A stretch of DNA of 64,000 bases, taken from assembly GCA_000002435.2 (NCBI GenBank), contig CM018790.1; one strand, given 5' to 3'. Positions 20,578-30,076 of the stretch are shown in pieces. The position numbers and the translations under genes were made by a program. Below the pieces are notes generated by a model that was not told where the DNA came from, searched no databases, and was given only the letters and a program-made list of their open reading frames with translations. Position 1 is the stretch's first letter. Every line of letters starts with the position of its first letter. Origin of the DNA: Giardia intestinalis. Its lineage: Eukaryota.

Positions 20578-22119
20578 ATGGCTCATAATAGTATGAAGCT
20601 ACTTCCCGGAGACTCCCTCTTTGCTGAGACTCCCCAGGGAGAGATTCTGACCGTCAACGTTTTCTCTGGGCTTCTTGAGACACCGGGATGCATTGTCCCT
20701 CTGCGCAGACCTTTGAAACTAACTCACTCTTCGGCACTCCTTTTTTCCTCATCGAACAATACGCGTGTCAATGTAACCTCTGCGCAAAAGCAGAAGGACC
20801 CCTGGACGTGGACAGCTCCATACCCCTGCGCTGAGCTGAAAGCGCTCTTCCAGCACATTATGTCTGTTGCTCACACAGGCCTTGTACCTTGGGTCGGTAT
20901 AGTAGGGCCTCAGTCATCAGGAAGAAAGACCATTCTGTACACTTTGGCTGGCTGGCTTACTCGAGCCGGAGTAACCACCATAGTGGCTGACTATGACCCC
21001 GCTGGAACAGCAGTGGGGTATCCTGGGACCATTTCAGCTGCACACTTCCTTGTAGGAGAGGAGCCCGGGTCCATGCTTTGTACCTGGGGTGTATGCTCCT
21101 TTTGCGACAGTAGAAAGGCCCCCAATTACCTTACAACTACAATTCAAGATCGTATCTTTTCGTTGCTCACCAATCACGATGTTCGCGGGCTCGATAAGCC
21201 AGTAGTTGTCCTTTATCGAATGCGTGCATATCAAAATACAATTGAGGGTCGCCAACAGCTGCATGCCCACTTTTCTAATATGTGGTCGTTCCTAGAAGAT
21301 CGAGTATATACTTACAAGGCGCCAACATTTACTCAGCCCCAAGGCCCCACTGGGGCGACGATGGCCCACTTTAATAGGTTTATGAGCGAACTAAAGGATG
21401 AGATAGGCACATTGACATACCTTCAGGCTATTAAGCACTTTGGAAAGTATATTCCCATTATTATATCCACTAGAAACCCCGTCCAGTTAGGCACATTCAC
21501 CATATCACGGTCCACAGAGGACAAAGCCAAAGACCCTTTGCCCCAAAGCGCCCCGGTGCCAATTGTGCACGTAATGATCGATCCTCTTTTGAAAGATGTA
21601 ACGCCAACAGCACGAATGCAGCAACAACGTATAAAGGAACACTTCTACGGCTACAACTGGCAGCTTGCCCCAATGGTTCTCAGGTTCAAGTACGCTACAC
21701 GTGTCGAGAAGGCCATGCCCGATATCGACAAGGGTGAGCAGCATGAGTTTTGTAGTATCATACAGCTTATGAGAGACGAGGACACAGACTACGCACGCAT
21801 TCTTACCCACCAGGACTTTACTGGCGCTACGCCAATGAACCTGCATGAGCGAGTTTGTTACGTACCAAGATTTCACGATGAAACCCAGGGTGCGGAGATA
21901 CTTGGACAGCACGAGGCAGGTAAGCTATCAGAGTTTTTGGAGAGTGAAGAAGGTGCTATAGTTCTTTTGAATGCAAACATCATAGGTCTTGCTGTGATTA
22001 AGGGGTATGAAGCCCGTGATGACGAGCTATACCTAGAGATCCTTTTGCCAACAAAAACAATTGTTTCTGAGATTATGCTGCTTATTCTCACAGAGCACTA
22101 TGCTGGCGGATCCCTATGA
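20578..22119 (+). CDS. CLP1: Clp1-family polynucleotide kinase (pre-mRNA cleavage factor Clp1 / Grc3 / Nol9 family)
   Basis: The N-terminal beta domain (LLPGDSLFAETPQGEILTVNVFSGLLE) resembles the Clp1 ELRFEVE...LLTGMAEIFG block. The P-loop is VGIVGPQSSGRKT. The C-terminal IKEHFYGYNWQLAPMVLRFKY resembles Clp1 [21 protein letters not shown]. Confidence 0.6.
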   Translation: MAHNSMKLLPGDSLFAETPQGEILTVNVFSGLLETPGCIVPLRRPLKLTHSSALLFSSSNNTRVNVTSAQKQKDPWTWTAPYPCAELKALFQHIMSVAHTGLVPWVGIVGPQSSGRKTILYTLAGWLTRAGVTTIVADYDPAGTAVGYPGTISAAHFLVGEEPGSMLCTWGVCSFCDSRKAPNYLTTTIQDRIFSLLTNHDVRGLDKPVVVLYRMRAYQNTIEGRQQLHAHFSNMWSFLEDRVYTYKAPTFTQPQGPTGATMAHFNRFMSELKDEIGTLTYLQAIKHFGKYIPIIISTRNPVQLGTFTISRSTEDKAKDPLPQSAPVPIVHVMIDPLLKDVTPTARMQQQRIKEHFYGYNWQLAPMVLRFKYATRVEKAMPDIDKGEQHEFCSIIQLMRDEDTDYARILTHQDFTGATPMNLHERVCYVPRFHDETQGAEILGQHEAGKLSEFLESEEGAIVLLNANIIGLAVIKGYEARDDELYLEILLPTKTIVSEIMLLILTEHYAGGSL

Positions 22120-22201
22120 GGCATCTTTGTTCGAGGACAAGGCAGGGCTGGGTAAATAATTAGAAACTTTAAAACAAATCAGGGTGTCGGAGTCGGTCTG
22201 A

Positions 22202-24226
22202 ATGTCCGGAAAGTCAAAGAGCGACGAAGTCACGCGCATTGCAATTGTCAACAAGGACCGGTGCAAGCCGAAGAAGTGCAACCAGGAGTGCAAGCTACTA
22301 TGTCCCGTCAACAAAACAGGGAAGCGCTGCGTTGTTGCGTCCTCAGAGGGCAACAAGACCGCCATGATATCTGAGAAACTGTGCATAGGCTGTGACATCT
22401 GCGTCAAGAAGTGTCCCTTTGATGCTATAAGGATCATCAACTTGCCATCGTCCCTGGACTCACAGGTCTCTTATCGCTACGGCATTAATAGCTTCAAACT
22501 GCACCGCGTACCAATACCTAAGCCTGGGCAGGTCCTGGGGCTGGTTGGAGAAAATGGCATTGGAAAGTCAACTGCGCTTGGGATACTCGCTGGAAACATC
22601 AAGCCCAACTTCGGAGACCTCAAGAATCTTGATCCAGACTGGGAGGAAATCGTCCAGCACTACAGAGGAACGGAGATCCAGGCTTATTTCATGAAGTTGA
22701 AGGACGGCGAAATTAAGGCCGCACATAAAGTCCAGTATGTCGACGCCATCACCAAGACGGATAAGCGCACTGATACCCTGGCCACCATATTCCAGAAGCG
22801 CAAGAAGAAGGCGCCAGAGCTTTACAATCGTGTTGTGCAAATGATGGAGCTTGAAAACCTGCTTGAACGTCAGCTGGGGAACCTCTCTGGCGGGGAACTA
22901 CAGAGGTTTGCCCTCGCTTATGTAGCCATGCAGAACACGGCCATATATCTTATCGATGAGCCTTCGTCCTACCTGGACATCAAGCAACGCCTGACGGCGG
23001 GAAGATTGATACGATCCTTAGTTGAGAAAGACCTGGACAAGTACTGCGTCGTTGTTGAGCATGATCTGGCTGTTCTGGACTATTTGTCAGATTACACCAG
23101 CCTGCTGTATGGTAAGGCGGGTGTTTTTGGGATCATTTCGATGCCATCCTCTGTCCGTGAAGGCATTAACATATTCCTTTCTGGATACCTTCCATCAGAG
23201 AACATGCGCTTTCGTGACGAGGCCCTGAAGTTCCAGGTGACAGACAGTGTAGAGGAAGAGGAACAAAGGGACGCCAAAGGCTCTGAAAAAAGTCGTATTC
23301 AGACGTACCCTGCCATGGAGATATGCTTTAGCATTACTAAGTCTAACGGGTCTAACTCCGACTCGGACTTTGTGGAAGACGACCCAGATGTCGCCAACCG
23401 TGTGCTGGATACCGCTGTTATCCCAACAGATACCAACGACGTGGTTCCTACCTCGACTCTATATGATAAGCAAAAGGCTCGAGACTTTAGTTTCCGTCTG
23501 CGCGTAGAAGCAGGGCACTTTGAGTACAGTAAGATCACGCTGTTGTTAGGCGAGAATGGAACTGGTAAGTCGACCCTTATAAAAGCATTGGTTGGGGCTG
23601 TTCAACCCGTCGCCGTTGAGGGCTTCCTCCCTACCCTACCGTTTTCGCTGAAGCCCCAGACAATAGCTCCCTCGTTCAAGGGAACCGTTCAAGAGCTATT
23701 TCTAAGTCGCATCGCGGAAACGTACAACCACTCTGGCTTCCAGGATGACGTTGTGAAGCCACTAGACATCAAGCACCTCCTAGAAAGGAAGGTCACACAA
23801 TTGTCTGGTGGTGAATTGCAGCGTGTCGCCTTAATCCTGGCTTTGGGGAAGCCTGCAGACGTTTATCTCATTGACGAGCCCAGCGCCTACCTCGATGCAT
23901 CACAACGCCTGGTGTGTGCAAAGGTTATCAAGCGGTTTGTCATAAACACCAAGAAGGCCTGCTTCGTTGTAGAGCACGACTTTCTGATGGCTCTTTATCT
24001 GGCCGATAGCGTAGTAGTTTTCACAGGGACGCCTGGTGTAGATGCCGTGGCCTGTAAGCCCTGTGGTGTGACTCAAGGCTTCAACAAGTTTCTTTCAATC
24101 ATCCAAGTAACGTTTCGCAGGGACCCTGAAAACCTGAGGCCCAGAGTCAACAAGCTCAATAGCGCGAAGGACCGTGAGCAGAAGATCAGCGGCCAGTACT
24201 TTACCAATTTCACTGACGACACATAA
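22202..24226 (+). CDS. ABCE1: ABCE1 / RNase L inhibitor (Rli1) ribosome-recycling ATPase
   Basis: The N-terminal Fe-S cluster domain (CKPKKCNQECKLLCPV...CIGCDICVKKCPFDAI) is followed by two ABC cassettes (GENGIGKST / LSGGELQR ... GENGTGKST / LSGGELQR). Confidence 0.9.
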   Translation: MSGKSKSDEVTRIAIVNKDRCKPKKCNQECKLLCPVNKTGKRCVVASSEGNKTAMISEKLCIGCDICVKKCPFDAIRIINLPSSLDSQVSYRYGINSFKLHRVPIPKPGQVLGLVGENGIGKSTALGILAGNIKPNFGDLKNLDPDWEEIVQHYRGTEIQAYFMKLKDGEIKAAHKVQYVDAITKTDKRTDTLATIFQKRKKKAPELYNRVVQMMELENLLERQLGNLSGGELQRFALAYVAMQNTAIYLIDEPSSYLDIKQRLTAGRLIRSLVEKDLDKYCVVVEHDLAVLDYLSDYTSLLYGKAGVFGIISMPSSVREGINIFLSGYLPSENMRFRDEALKFQVTDSVEEEEQRDAKGSEKSRIQTYPAMEICFSITKSNGSNSDSDFVEDDPDVANRVLDTAVIPTDTNDVVPTSTLYDKQKARDFSFRLRVEAGHFEYSKITLLLGENGTGKSTLIKALVGAVQPVAVEGFLPTLPFSLKPQTIAPSFKGTVQELFLSRIAETYNHSGFQDDVVKPLDIKHLLERKVTQLSGGELQRVALILALGKPADVYLIDEPSAYLDASQRLVCAKVIKRFVINTKKACFVVEHDFLMALYLADSVVVFTGTPGVDAVACKPCGVTQGFNKFLSIIQVTFRRDPENLRPRVNKLNSAKDREQKISGQYFTNFTDDT

Positions 24227-24256
24227 GCCTTGGAAGTATGGAAGTAAATTAAAAAT

Positions 24257-27200
24257 ATGGATTGTGAGCAGGAGCTCCGACCTGCATACAATATTTCTCC
24301 AAGTAAGAAGTGCAACTCGACGGATCCTATGGTATATAAACAATTTCTAGAGGAAAAATCCAGACAAAACGCTCTGAAACGTCGCCAAGAGGAGCTCGAG
24401 AACAGGTCGGCCAAAGCGCAGAGAGAGCAAGGATGGTCCAAGTATGTGAATGGTGAAAATAAGGGGACAGCGCGCAAGGCTAACTCATCAATGTCTAACG
24501 CAAATAACCCTCCTGCGCGACGGAGGTCAAGTCTATTTCCAAATCAGCAAAATACGCAGTGCACATCTTTACCATTATTTCCAGGAGCTCCCATCATGCC
24601 ACGGTCTGGGCCACCACCCATTAGTGATTCACAGCAACACCCTATTAGTAAGTCTATTGCCCAGGGTGGTCAGCAACGACGAGAGGGCGCTCGTGAATCG
24701 TGGGGGTGTCTTAACTATAATGAGTCTCTTAAACCTAGTGATGCCGGTCCTTATCCAACCAATCCGTACTTAAATCAGAGACAAGATTCCATGGAATACA
24801 TGGACAGCCTCCAACCAGGCGTACCATTGATTCACCAAAGCCGCTCGGATACTTTCTTAGATGGGAAGACACAGGAAATCGTGTTCAGTGGCACTGGAAC
24901 CATGTTTGAAGAAACACTTTTCTCATACGATTTTGAGGCCACAGGAGCAGGACTTGCAGACCCAGCTGTTGAGATACGCCTTACTGAACCTCTAGCAAAT
25001 CAAAATTGCAAGTATACTGGAGAGGAACATGAGGCTGATTTGAAGGAGGAGATACATGAGAGCGAAAGGTTTTCTGCTCTAGAAAACACAGGGAAGTTTA
25101 CGCACGAAGAAAGCACTTCTTTGTTTGGGTCATTGCTAAACACGCAAGAAGAACCAGACTCAAATGCAAGCATGAGCATTCCAGATAGCCTAATGATACT
25201 CGTCGAAAAAATGGATCAACTTCCCCCTAGCTGCTTCCAACCCCACGAGAACCTAGCAGCTACTGATAACCAGCCTCCTCCACTTGGCCGTGACGAGCTA
25301 AGAGGCGATTCTCGAAATGGCACTCGGCCACGCTCGTCGTTCCAAGAACTAAGACAGCAAGCACATGATCTCAAGACAGCGTTTACTAAGCTGAGCACCA
25401 ATGATCCTAGCGCTATTGCAGACTACGTTCTTAGTATGCCCCAAGAGTTCCAGATAAAACTGATGCATCTCATCAGGAAGGGAATGAGTGGTGACCAGCA
25501 GTCTTTGGGCGAGCTTCATGTCTCCTTTCAGCAAACGTCACTGATGTCCGAGATGGGTGACTCCCTTGTGACACCCATGTCGTTTTGTGATAAGTCCTTG
25601 GCCTCTACGCCAACTCGTGAAGTAAGACGCGTTAAAGAAGTAGTTACATCATCACCTCAAATAACCTCTACCCCTCTGTTAGCTCATCGCGCCAATCTTC
25701 CTGCTTTTGACGGTGATCTTAGCTTTAACCAATATAGGTCTCCTTCTCCAAAGCAGCCATTTCAGCCTACACCAACTCCTGCGTTCTCCAAATCATTGAG
25801 AGGTACTACCTTCGACAGTCCAGACTCTCCAGAAGAGAAGCCCATTACATCAGTTAATCAGCACACATTGCAACGCGCAACTCTGCGACGTGCCAGCCTA
25901 TCTCCAGTTGACGCCAATGCTCCTGCTGTGGACATCCATATACCAGCGGCGCCATCGGACGAAGTGGCCGTGCAGGACTGTGGAGGTAATATTCAAGAAT
26001 ATTTCGACCAATATGCACAGAGACACAGCCAAGTACCATCTACCGACTATTATAGAAGTATCTCTGACTGTTCCATCCAAGATGATACTGGCTCCAGTGA
26101 TGATGCCGAATCTAAAAGTCCTCTGGATGACATCAATAGAATCCTCCGAATTGAAGAGGCTCTCAGAGATTCTTCTGCAAACAGGCGCTTTTCTGCAAAG
26201 CCCCTTCTTACTGCTTCATCAAAGAGTTTTGCTGTACCGGAGGGAAAGCCCCCCGTTGTGCTTGAGAGTCCTCTACTTGTTGCTGAGTCCCAAAGACCAA
26301 GCAGACCGCATAGCCATTACACGCCCCGCTCCAGCAATACAATGCGGGTCTCCTATGGTCCTCACTACTTGGAAAAGGTGCAAAACGTGGAGCATCACTT
26401 GCCTATCCTGCTCCTTAAGTTTACGTCGACACACCCTAACTTCACTGCCAACCTCCGCGCCACCATGCTTCCAAATATACTGCAAGACGGGAACACAATT
26501 ATATACACAGCAGAGTATTTAAGTCTAAGCCGCGGAGTCTGGAAGACACGACAGCGACAGGGCGACATGTGTGTCGTAGACGCCATTCCATCACAGAAAG
26601 ACCCTATTTATGTATACCTAAGCTGCCTGTACTTGCCAGGAACCCCAAAATACTCTGTTGCCCAAGAGACCAGGAGAACACGGGATCCGACCCTAATTAT
26701 GCACCAGTTCACCGCCAGTGTTTATGCATTCTATCTTTCTGCTGCTGAGAACTATTGCAAAAAGAGTTTACATGGTCACTCTTACGAAAAAACGATTGCA
26801 GATCTGCGCAAGCTCTTTCCCAGTGGACACCGTGCTAATGTAGGAAATTCTCCCACTCTCCGAAAGGTTGTTTTAGACATATCCTCGTTAATAGCCAAGG
26901 ACCAAGATTTCCGAGTTGCAACTTGCATTGAGACACATCGGTGTATAAATGGCCTTCCAGCAACAACATTAGGCTCAGCCACAGATGTACTGATAGATCC
27001 TGCACCGATTCCCTTCACACCTGCCTCGAAGCTCTCGCCACGAGGCCCATCTCAGCACCAGCGGGTGCGGATTGATGGAAGCTCAATAACCCTATCCAAT
27101 AAAGCAGATAGGGCAGTACTCTATGACAAGATAACGATAAATATTCTTTCTAATCACGGAGACATAGGATTCGTGGGACTTGTAGCCCTCCAATTCTACG

Positions 27201-29683
27201 ACTCGGAAGGGGTAGAGATCTCTCCGTTCTATGATGCCATTTCTGGGCCGGACTCTGCCACTGTCGCGGCCTACATCAGTACAGACCCGAAAAAGAGCTC
27301 CATAATACCGCCTGGATCAATATATAATTTGCTCAACTTTGAATGCAGAACCACCGACCCAGATAAGATGTGGGTAGTTCGTCGCAACTTGGCAAAGCAG
27401 ATTGTCATTACTGTTAGTATACCAGTAACCCGACGTGTTTCTGCGGTGCGCTTCTGGAACTATAACAAAAGTCCGACAACAACAGACCAGGGTGTTCGCC
27501 GTGTTATAATTAAGCTGAACGCAGCAACAGTAGCAGACACAGAAATCAAGAAGGCCACTGGAACGCTCTCTGGGTGCTGCTCATGCGCTACCCTAATTGT
27601 ATTGGGGCATCAAAGTAGAGACTACGTAGAAAAAGTCCTCACTAGAGACAGATATAGAGAGATTATTGAAGAGGAGAACCAGGAACGTGAACGGTTAGCA
27701 AAGCTCGGAGAGGTTCCAAAAATAGATTTCTCCACAGCTGCATATAACCAACGAGGAGCTAGGCAATCGTCACACTGTAAGTTTGGTCCTCTTTCTACAA
27801 GCACCCTGTCTCTCATGGTTACTTCCATGTACGGAGACTACTCTAAGACAGTAACACTGGGCAACATAGCCCTAATAGATCATACTAACACCGTTTTACT
27901 GCCACGAAAGGTCCAGGTCCACGGTTCAGATGCAACCCACGTTGTCAGAGGACACTGCATGGGCAGAACAGAGAGAGTTGCAGTACTTACACCAGAGTTT
28001 AACCTCGAGCAGAGCTGTTTCATAGGGACCGCTACAAAGAACATCGCCTCCTATGATGAGTGTGCAAACGGACAGGAGCGAGTTGTAGCAGATGCTGTGA
28101 GCGAACCACTATGGGTCTGTTCGGTCGAAAAACATAATCACGAAGGAGGTACAGATGTAGTACCGCACGTGCAGGACATCCTTGCTAGCAGCTGTGGCGC
28201 AGGAATAACTGTCTGGTTCAAGGCAGCAGGAACTGTGGCAGAGGACGGCCTGATAATGTCCTCCAACAGTCCTGCCACTGCCTCAAGAGTTTCTGATAAG
28301 GCAGATGAATCCGGAGAGGCCGAGGAACCGGTGCGATACATTAAAAATGTTATACTCATTAATACGGCCGGAAATCAATCCTCTAATATACGGTACGTTC
28401 TTCTTTTTGTCAACGGGACGTTGTGGACGCCGTTTCCAGGCGTGTTCGTGCGTCCTAATTGTTACTCTAACTACTTTGCTACTCTCACGTCATCCCTCAA
28501 GAACATTATCAATAAAATTTCAATCATTGTAAAAGCACAACGCCAGCGCAAGGAAGTAGAAGATATAATGGAGGTATCTGTTGACAGAAAGGAGCAGCAG
28601 AGCAGAGGCATGGGCAGTAGCAGCGGCACGTCAACAGACGATGTCTTCGAAAAGCTCTATAAAGACGTGAGCGAAAAGGAAATACTCAATACTCCTGCGT
28701 TTGTAGAACCACAAATGGCCACGTTCATAAGGATTATGCACTCAAACGTTCTGTTTGGCCAATGGATAAGTATGGGACTGAATCAGCCCCGAGGAGCCAT
28801 GGAGATTACTAAAGAGCTAGGCTTGCAGAGCGATTATGACGCCCTCTTCAATTCGATCCATAACGAGCTGATAAAACGCGTAGAGAGAATCCAGGAACTT
28901 CAAGCGGGTACGGGCTATGGTGTAGGAAAGCGATTGGAGCAGGATCTATCTGACAATATCACATGCAATCAGAACCAGGTAGTGTATGTCTCACAGCACC
29001 TGTTACATGGCGGGCAACACCTGTCGTACATGTCTCTGAACTCTCCAAGGGGATACTGCTTAACCATCAACATTCTATCGCGGCATCCAGCCCAAAAAAG
29101 ATCAAAATCAGCGTCTTCTAGGCAATACTCTGATGGCAGTTTTCATAGTGTATTTAGTATTGGCCTCAACTCCATCAAAATATACGATGGAGTACACAAC
29201 CCCATCAACTTTAACACCACCGGGTGCGGAGTTTACTCCACGGCGCTATCCCAGACTTTAGCATACGACCTACAGGCATACAGGAACGTCAGTAGCAGCA
29301 TAGTGGTATCAGATGCAGAGAGCCCGGCAAGCAATCTTCTCAAGGGCCTCCCATGGGAGGTCACCTACAGGCTATCTCTTAATAGCTCTGCGACTTCTGA
29401 AATTGGAGATGAGGTCAAGGAGGCTATGCGCAGGATAGGGATATTTCGATCAGATGGGATCTTGATGGGTATCCACTTCATATCCTCCAGTCCCATGGAC
29501 ATCAGTGCCATTATATTCTGTAACAATAAGATTGCAGAAGTAAGCATTGCTATGGATACTCGCGTAATTTTTGAAGGGTGCCTGACAAATACCACGGACC
29601 CCCAAGTCATCGCTTTCTGCAAGAACCAGCAGCAATACAAGTCACTTGCTTCCGTAGGCATCAATGATAAACAAATGGTATGA
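24257..29683 (+). CDS. Giant (1808 aa) hypothetical protein with no recognised domain
   Basis: It is a single uninterrupted ORF. The start codon has the typical AT-rich initiator (gtaaattaaaaatATG). Its N-terminal third is low-complexity and S/P/Q-rich. Confidence 0.55.
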   Translation: MDCEQELRPAYNISPSKKCNSTDPMVYKQFLEEKSRQNALKRRQEELENRSAKAQREQGWSKYVNGENKGTARKANSSMSNANNPPARRRSSLFPNQQNTQCTSLPLFPGAPIMPRSGPPPISDSQQHPISKSIAQGGQQRREGARESWGCLNYNESLKPSDAGPYPTNPYLNQRQDSMEYMDSLQPGVPLIHQSRSDTFLDGKTQEIVFSGTGTMFEETLFSYDFEATGAGLADPAVEIRLTEPLANQNCKYTGEEHEADLKEEIHESERFSALENTGKFTHEESTSLFGSLLNTQEEPDSNASMSIPDSLMILVEKMDQLPPSCFQPHENLAATDNQPPPLGRDELRGDSRNGTRPRSSFQELRQQAHDLKTAFTKLSTNDPSAIADYVLSMPQEFQIKLMHLIRKGMSGDQQSLGELHVSFQQTSLMSEMGDSLVTPMSFCDKSLASTPTREVRRVKEVVTSSPQITSTPLLAHRANLPAFDGDLSFNQYRSPSPKQPFQPTPTPAFSKSLRGTTFDSPDSPEEKPITSVNQHTLQRATLRRASLSPVDANAPAVDIHIPAAPSDEVAVQDCGGNIQEYFDQYAQRHSQVPSTDYYRSISDCSIQDDTGSSDDAESKSPLDDINRILRIEEALRDSSANRRFSAKPLLTASSKSFAVPEGKPPVVLESPLLVAESQRPSRPHSHYTPRSSNTMRVSYGPHYLEKVQNVEHHLPILLLKFTSTHPNFTANLRATMLPNILQDGNTIIYTAEYLSLSRGVWKTRQRQGDMCVVDAIPSQKDPIYVYLSCLYLPGTPKYSVAQETRRTRDPTLIMHQFTASVYAFYLSAAENYCKKSLHGHSYEKTIADLRKLFPSGHRANVGNSPTLRKVVLDISSLIAKDQDFRVATCIETHRCINGLPATTLGSATDVLIDPAPIPFTPASKLSPRGPSQHQRVRIDGSSITLSNKADRAVLYDKITINILSNHGDIGFVGLVALQFYDSEGVEISPFYDAISGPDSATVAAYISTDPKKSSIIPPGSIYNLLNFECRTTDPDKMWVVRRNLAKQIVITVSIPVTRRVSAVRFWNYNKSPTTTDQGVRRVIIKLNAATVADTEIKKATGTLSGCCSCATLIVLGHQSRDYVEKVLTRDRYREIIEEENQERERLAKLGEVPKIDFSTAAYNQRGARQSSHCKFGPLSTSTLSLMVTSMYGDYSKTVTLGNIALIDHTNTVLLPRKVQVHGSDATHVVRGHCMGRTERVAVLTPEFNLEQSCFIGTATKNIASYDECANGQERVVADAVSEPLWVCSVEKHNHEGGTDVVPHVQDILASSCGAGITVWFKAAGTVAEDGLIMSSNSPATASRVSDKADESGEAEEPVRYIKNVILINTAGNQSSNIRYVLLFVNGTLWTPFPGVFVRPNCYSNYFATLTSSLKNIINKISIIVKAQRQRKEVEDIMEVSVDRKEQQSRGMGSSSGTSTDDVFEKLYKDVSEKEILNTPAFVEPQMATFIRIMHSNVLFGQWISMGLNQPRGAMEITKELGLQSDYDALFNSIHNELIKRVERIQELQAGTGYGVGKRLEQDLSDNITCNQNQVVYVSQHLLHGGQHLSYMSLNSPRGYCLTINILSRHPAQKRSKSASSRQYSDGSFHSVFSIGLNSIKIYDGVHNPINFNTTGCGVYSTALSQTLAYDLQAYRNVSSSIVVSDAESPASNLLKGLPWEVTYRLSLNSSATSEIGDEVKEAMRRIGIFRSDGILMGIHFISSSPMDISAIIFCNNKIAEVSIAMDTRVIFEGCLTNTTDPQVIAFCKNQQQYKSLASVGINDKQMV

Positions 29684-29742
29684 ATGATAAATGGTTAGGA
29701 GCTTATAAGTCAAGCCCGAAGGCTTAATTTTGGCTGTTTGAT

Positions 29743-29994
29743 CTAGCTATTTGATACCACCATAATCACATTGTCTCCGCGGAGCATAAAATTCTTTCGT
29801 TCTTCTGTATACTCGATGCCATTCTCCTCCCACGTCTCTGTGGCTTCTGAAAAGACGAGGTTCAAATGACGGTCGTATGCTTTTAGAACCCCAGTAATAA
29901 AGCGTCCTGAGCGCAGCTGAACGAGGACAGGCTTGCGCAGCGCCAGCACTTCGTCAAAGAACGCGTACGGTGAATCTGAGATCTTGTTTGACAT
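29743..29994 (-). CDS. Sm-like (LSm) protein, possibly LSm3
   Basis: The Sm fold motifs are VLVQLRSGRFITGVLKAYDRHLNLVF...FMLRGDNVIMV. The ORF-track version (to 30186) would overlap the MCM6 3' end. The internal ATG at 29994 (MSNKIS...) gives an 83-aa Sm-sized protein downstream of the MCM6 stop. Confidence 0.6.
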   Translation of the reverse strand: MSNKISDSPYAFFDEVLALRKPVLVQLRSGRFITGVLKAYDRHLNLVFSEATETWEENGIEYTEERKNFMLRGDNVIMVVSNS

Positions 29995-30076
29995 TGTGGT
30001 GACTATCGTGATTTTTTGTGTCTGGAAGTTCACTTTCCCACTTTCATCCACTTGGGCTGCACTAGAGTCTTCAGTG

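Noticed and set aside
22114-22440. A 108-aa minus-strand ORF overlapping the ABCE1 start
   Set aside because: It overlaps the highly conserved Fe-S domain of ABCE1 on the opposite strand and has no motifs.
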